DNA of 56,958 bases, taken from positions 1 through 56,958 of the forward strand of contig JBGPQV010000021.1 of the NCBI GenBank assembly GCA_041489255.1. Direction: 5' to 3'. Under the pieces are notes generated by a model that worked only from the letters and a program-made list of their open reading frames with translations, had not been told where the DNA came from and searched no databases. Of the stretch, positions 55,461 through 56,958 are shown piece by piece. Within the stretch, counting starts at the first letter, position 1, and the number at the start of each line of letters is the position of its first letter. The translations under genes and the position numbers were made by a program. The stretch is from Thermoplasmata archaeon (GTDB taxonomy: Archaea; Thermoplasmatota; Thermoplasmata; RBG-16-68-12; JAFNFQ01).

Positions 55461-56036
55461 TCACCTGCCTCCCTTCTCCTTTTTCGCTTTCTCATCGAGC
55501 CAGTCCTTTAGGATCTTCTTGGCCTGGGCGGTATCGAGGAACGCGACATACTCTGTATTGGCGACCTCTGTGAGCTTCTTGCCCGGGTGCCTCTTCTTAT
55601 ACCACAAACCGAGGGCATGCCTCAGCGGTTCAGCCGCGGTGAACTCCGTGAAGTTCCTCTCAATCCCGCTCGCCGAGAGGTCTGGACCGAACCTGTGATC
55701 AATCAGATCGTTGATGGCGTGCGGTATGTCCTTGCCTTTGGGCGCGTGGAGGGTGAAATCCAGGGAGACCTCGCCTTCAGCCGGTTCCCCCGCCTCAGCT
55801 GGCGGGACGACTGCTGCCGCCTCTGCCTTCTCAACGGTCCCGATAGCGCCGTGCTTGGCCTTGGCGTAGACGTCCGTCCACCTCACCCATCTCGGCGTCC
55901 TGCCCATGTTGATCATGTTCTTCTGGCACTTGAGCTTGCAGAAGAAGAACACTGTGCCGTCCTTCCGCACGAACATCTTGCCGGTCCCCGGCTCGATGTC
56001 CCCGCCGCAGAAGGAGCAGACTCTCTTCTGAACCAT
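55461..56036 (-). CDS. rpl24e: 50S ribosomal protein L24e with long C-terminal extension
   Basis: [25 protein letters not shown]...PRWVRWT, then about 130 extra aa. Confidence 0.92.
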   Translation of the reverse strand: MVQKRVCSFCGGDIEPGTGKMFVRKDGTVFFFCKLKCQKNMINMGRTPRWVRWTDVYAKAKHGAIGTVEKAEAAAVVPPAEAGEPAEGEVSLDFTLHAPKGKDIPHAINDLIDHRFGPDLSASGIERNFTEFTAAEPLRHALGLWYKKRHPGKKLTEVANTEYVAFLDTAQAKKILKDWLDEKAKKEKGGR

Positions 56037-56042
56037 TATCGA

Positions 56043-56255
56043 TCACCGCACCGAGAGCTTTCTCGCTTCCCTTGCAGTCTCCCTCAACATGAGGACGTCG
56101 CCGACCTGGATGGAGCCCTTCACGTTGCGTGTGATGATGCGCCCCTTGTCCCTGCCGTCCAGAACCCGGACCTTGACCTGCGTCGCCTCGCCGGTCATGC
56201 CTGTCCGACCGACGACCTCGACTACCTCAGCCGGGATGTTCTCTTCCTCTGGCAT
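56043..56255 (-). CDS. rps28e: 30S ribosomal protein S28e
   Basis: [29 protein letters not shown]. Confidence 0.96.
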   Translation of the reverse strand: MPEEENIPAEVVEVVGRTGMTGEATQVKVRVLDGRDKGRIITRNVKGSIQVGDVLMLRETAREARKLSVR

Positions 56256-56260
56256 TGCCC

Positions 56261-56632
56261 TCACTTCTTGAGCGCGCGGATCTTACTGGCGAGGTCATCG
56301 AGGGCGGGCTTCCCCTTGCCGGGGTCCACGAGCGCGACCGAGGCGGTCGCCTTGCCCAGGCCCGAAGCGACTCCGAGCTCCTGCTTGCTGGGGACGTATG
56401 CATAGGGGATCCCCTTCTCCTCGCAGAGCATGGGCATGTGAGCCAGTATCTCCTCCGGCTGCACGTCCTCGGCCATTATCACCATGGCCACCTCCCCCCT
56501 CTCGACAAGCTTTGTGACCTCGTTCGTCCCCTTCCGGATCTTCCCGCTGTCCCTCGCTAGCTCGACGACCTCGTAAGTCTTGTCCACGAGCTCCTTGGGC
56601 ATCTCGAATCTCACGTACATCGGCTTTGCCAT
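56261..56632 (-). CDS. rpl7ae: 50S ribosomal protein L7Ae
   Basis: [35 protein letters not shown]. Confidence 0.97.
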   Translation of the reverse strand: MAKPMYVRFEMPKELVDKTYEVVELARDSGKIRKGTNEVTKLVERGEVAMVIMAEDVQPEEILAHMPMLCEEKGIPYAYVPSKQELGVASGLGKATASVALVDPGKGKPALDDLASKIRALKK

Positions 56633-56636
56633 GCTA

Positions 56637-56676
56637 AACCTCCTTCAGTTCTTGCGAACTTCATGATTCACAGGTT
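56637..56676 (-). promoter_or_regulatory. Tandem double kink-turn in the rpl7ae 5' UTR covering the Shine-Dalgarno
   Basis: AACC-UGU-GA-A-U-CAU-GA-A-GUUC-GCAA-GAAC-U-GA-A-G-GA-GGUU: two 3-nt bulges each followed by tandem G.A/A.G pairs, with a GNRA loop. Confidence 0.8.
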
Positions 56677-56768
56677 GCTCTGAAGAGTGCCGCGACAAGC
56701 CGGCCCTCCATATTTAAGGATTCCCTTTGCCGATCGTTCAACTCTCCGCCCGCGCGAACGACGAACCC

Positions 56769-56958
56769 ATGGCCGACCCGATGTACGACCAGCCCGAGGC
56801 GCACCACTACGTACCTGTCGAAGTGTACAACGTCGACCCGACGATACACAGCGCAGCCGCATACACCATGGTCGACCTCTGCATCCGCTTGTCCGGCAAC
56901 AAGGGCAACGACGCCACGTTGACGGTCATGGGATCGGACGGCAGCTACTACACGGTGA
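56769..56958 (+). CDS. Partial hypothetical protein (truncated by window end)
   Basis: ATG 56769 open to the window end (MADPMYDQPEAHHYVP...), divergent from rpl7ae, tatttaag TATA-like upstream. Confidence 0.55.
   Translation, partial: MADPMYDQPEAHHYVPVEVYNVDPTIHSAAAYTMVDLCIRLSGNKGNDATLTVMGSDGSYYTV

Overview
Archaeal chromosome segment, GC-rich over most of its length. The gene content (DUF6015-like protein, membrane-anchored surface protein with a C-terminal zinc ribbon, Rab-like GTPase, archaeal ProRS/TyrS/TiaS/TFB/aIF5B/L7Ae) points to Thermoplasmatota; this placement is inferred. The first ~7.2 kb is a visibly AT-richer accessory island: a fused type IIG-like restriction-modification gene, then a 3.3-kb cassette (4-TM membrane protein, Mre11-less Rad50/SMC-like ATPase with two CxxC motifs, convergent YwgA/Panacea-like wHTH) bracketed by 74-bp direct repeats, a candidate undescribed SMC-type defence module. 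The rest is mostly core genome: proS, taw2, nadC/nadA, tyrS, an M1 aminopeptidase, tfb, FKBP, tRNA-Arg(CCT), a P-type ATPase-USP fusion, an isobutyryl-CoA-mutase-type B12 mutase operon with meaB, a Cys-less thiolase pair with DUF35 partners, vapBC, tiaS, rpoK-eno-rps2-MEMO1, a DsrE-TusA-SQR sulfur module with ArsR, and rpl7ae-rps28e-rpl24e-ndk-infB. Other standouts are a ~120-aa Mrr-like PD-(D/E)xK nuclease domain inserted in frame inside prolyl-tRNA synthetase, a tandem double kink-turn over the rpl7ae Shine-Dalgarno, an L24e with an extra C-terminal domain, and an unexplained 79-nt structured element after tiaS. All calls come from motif reading by eye; no searches were run.
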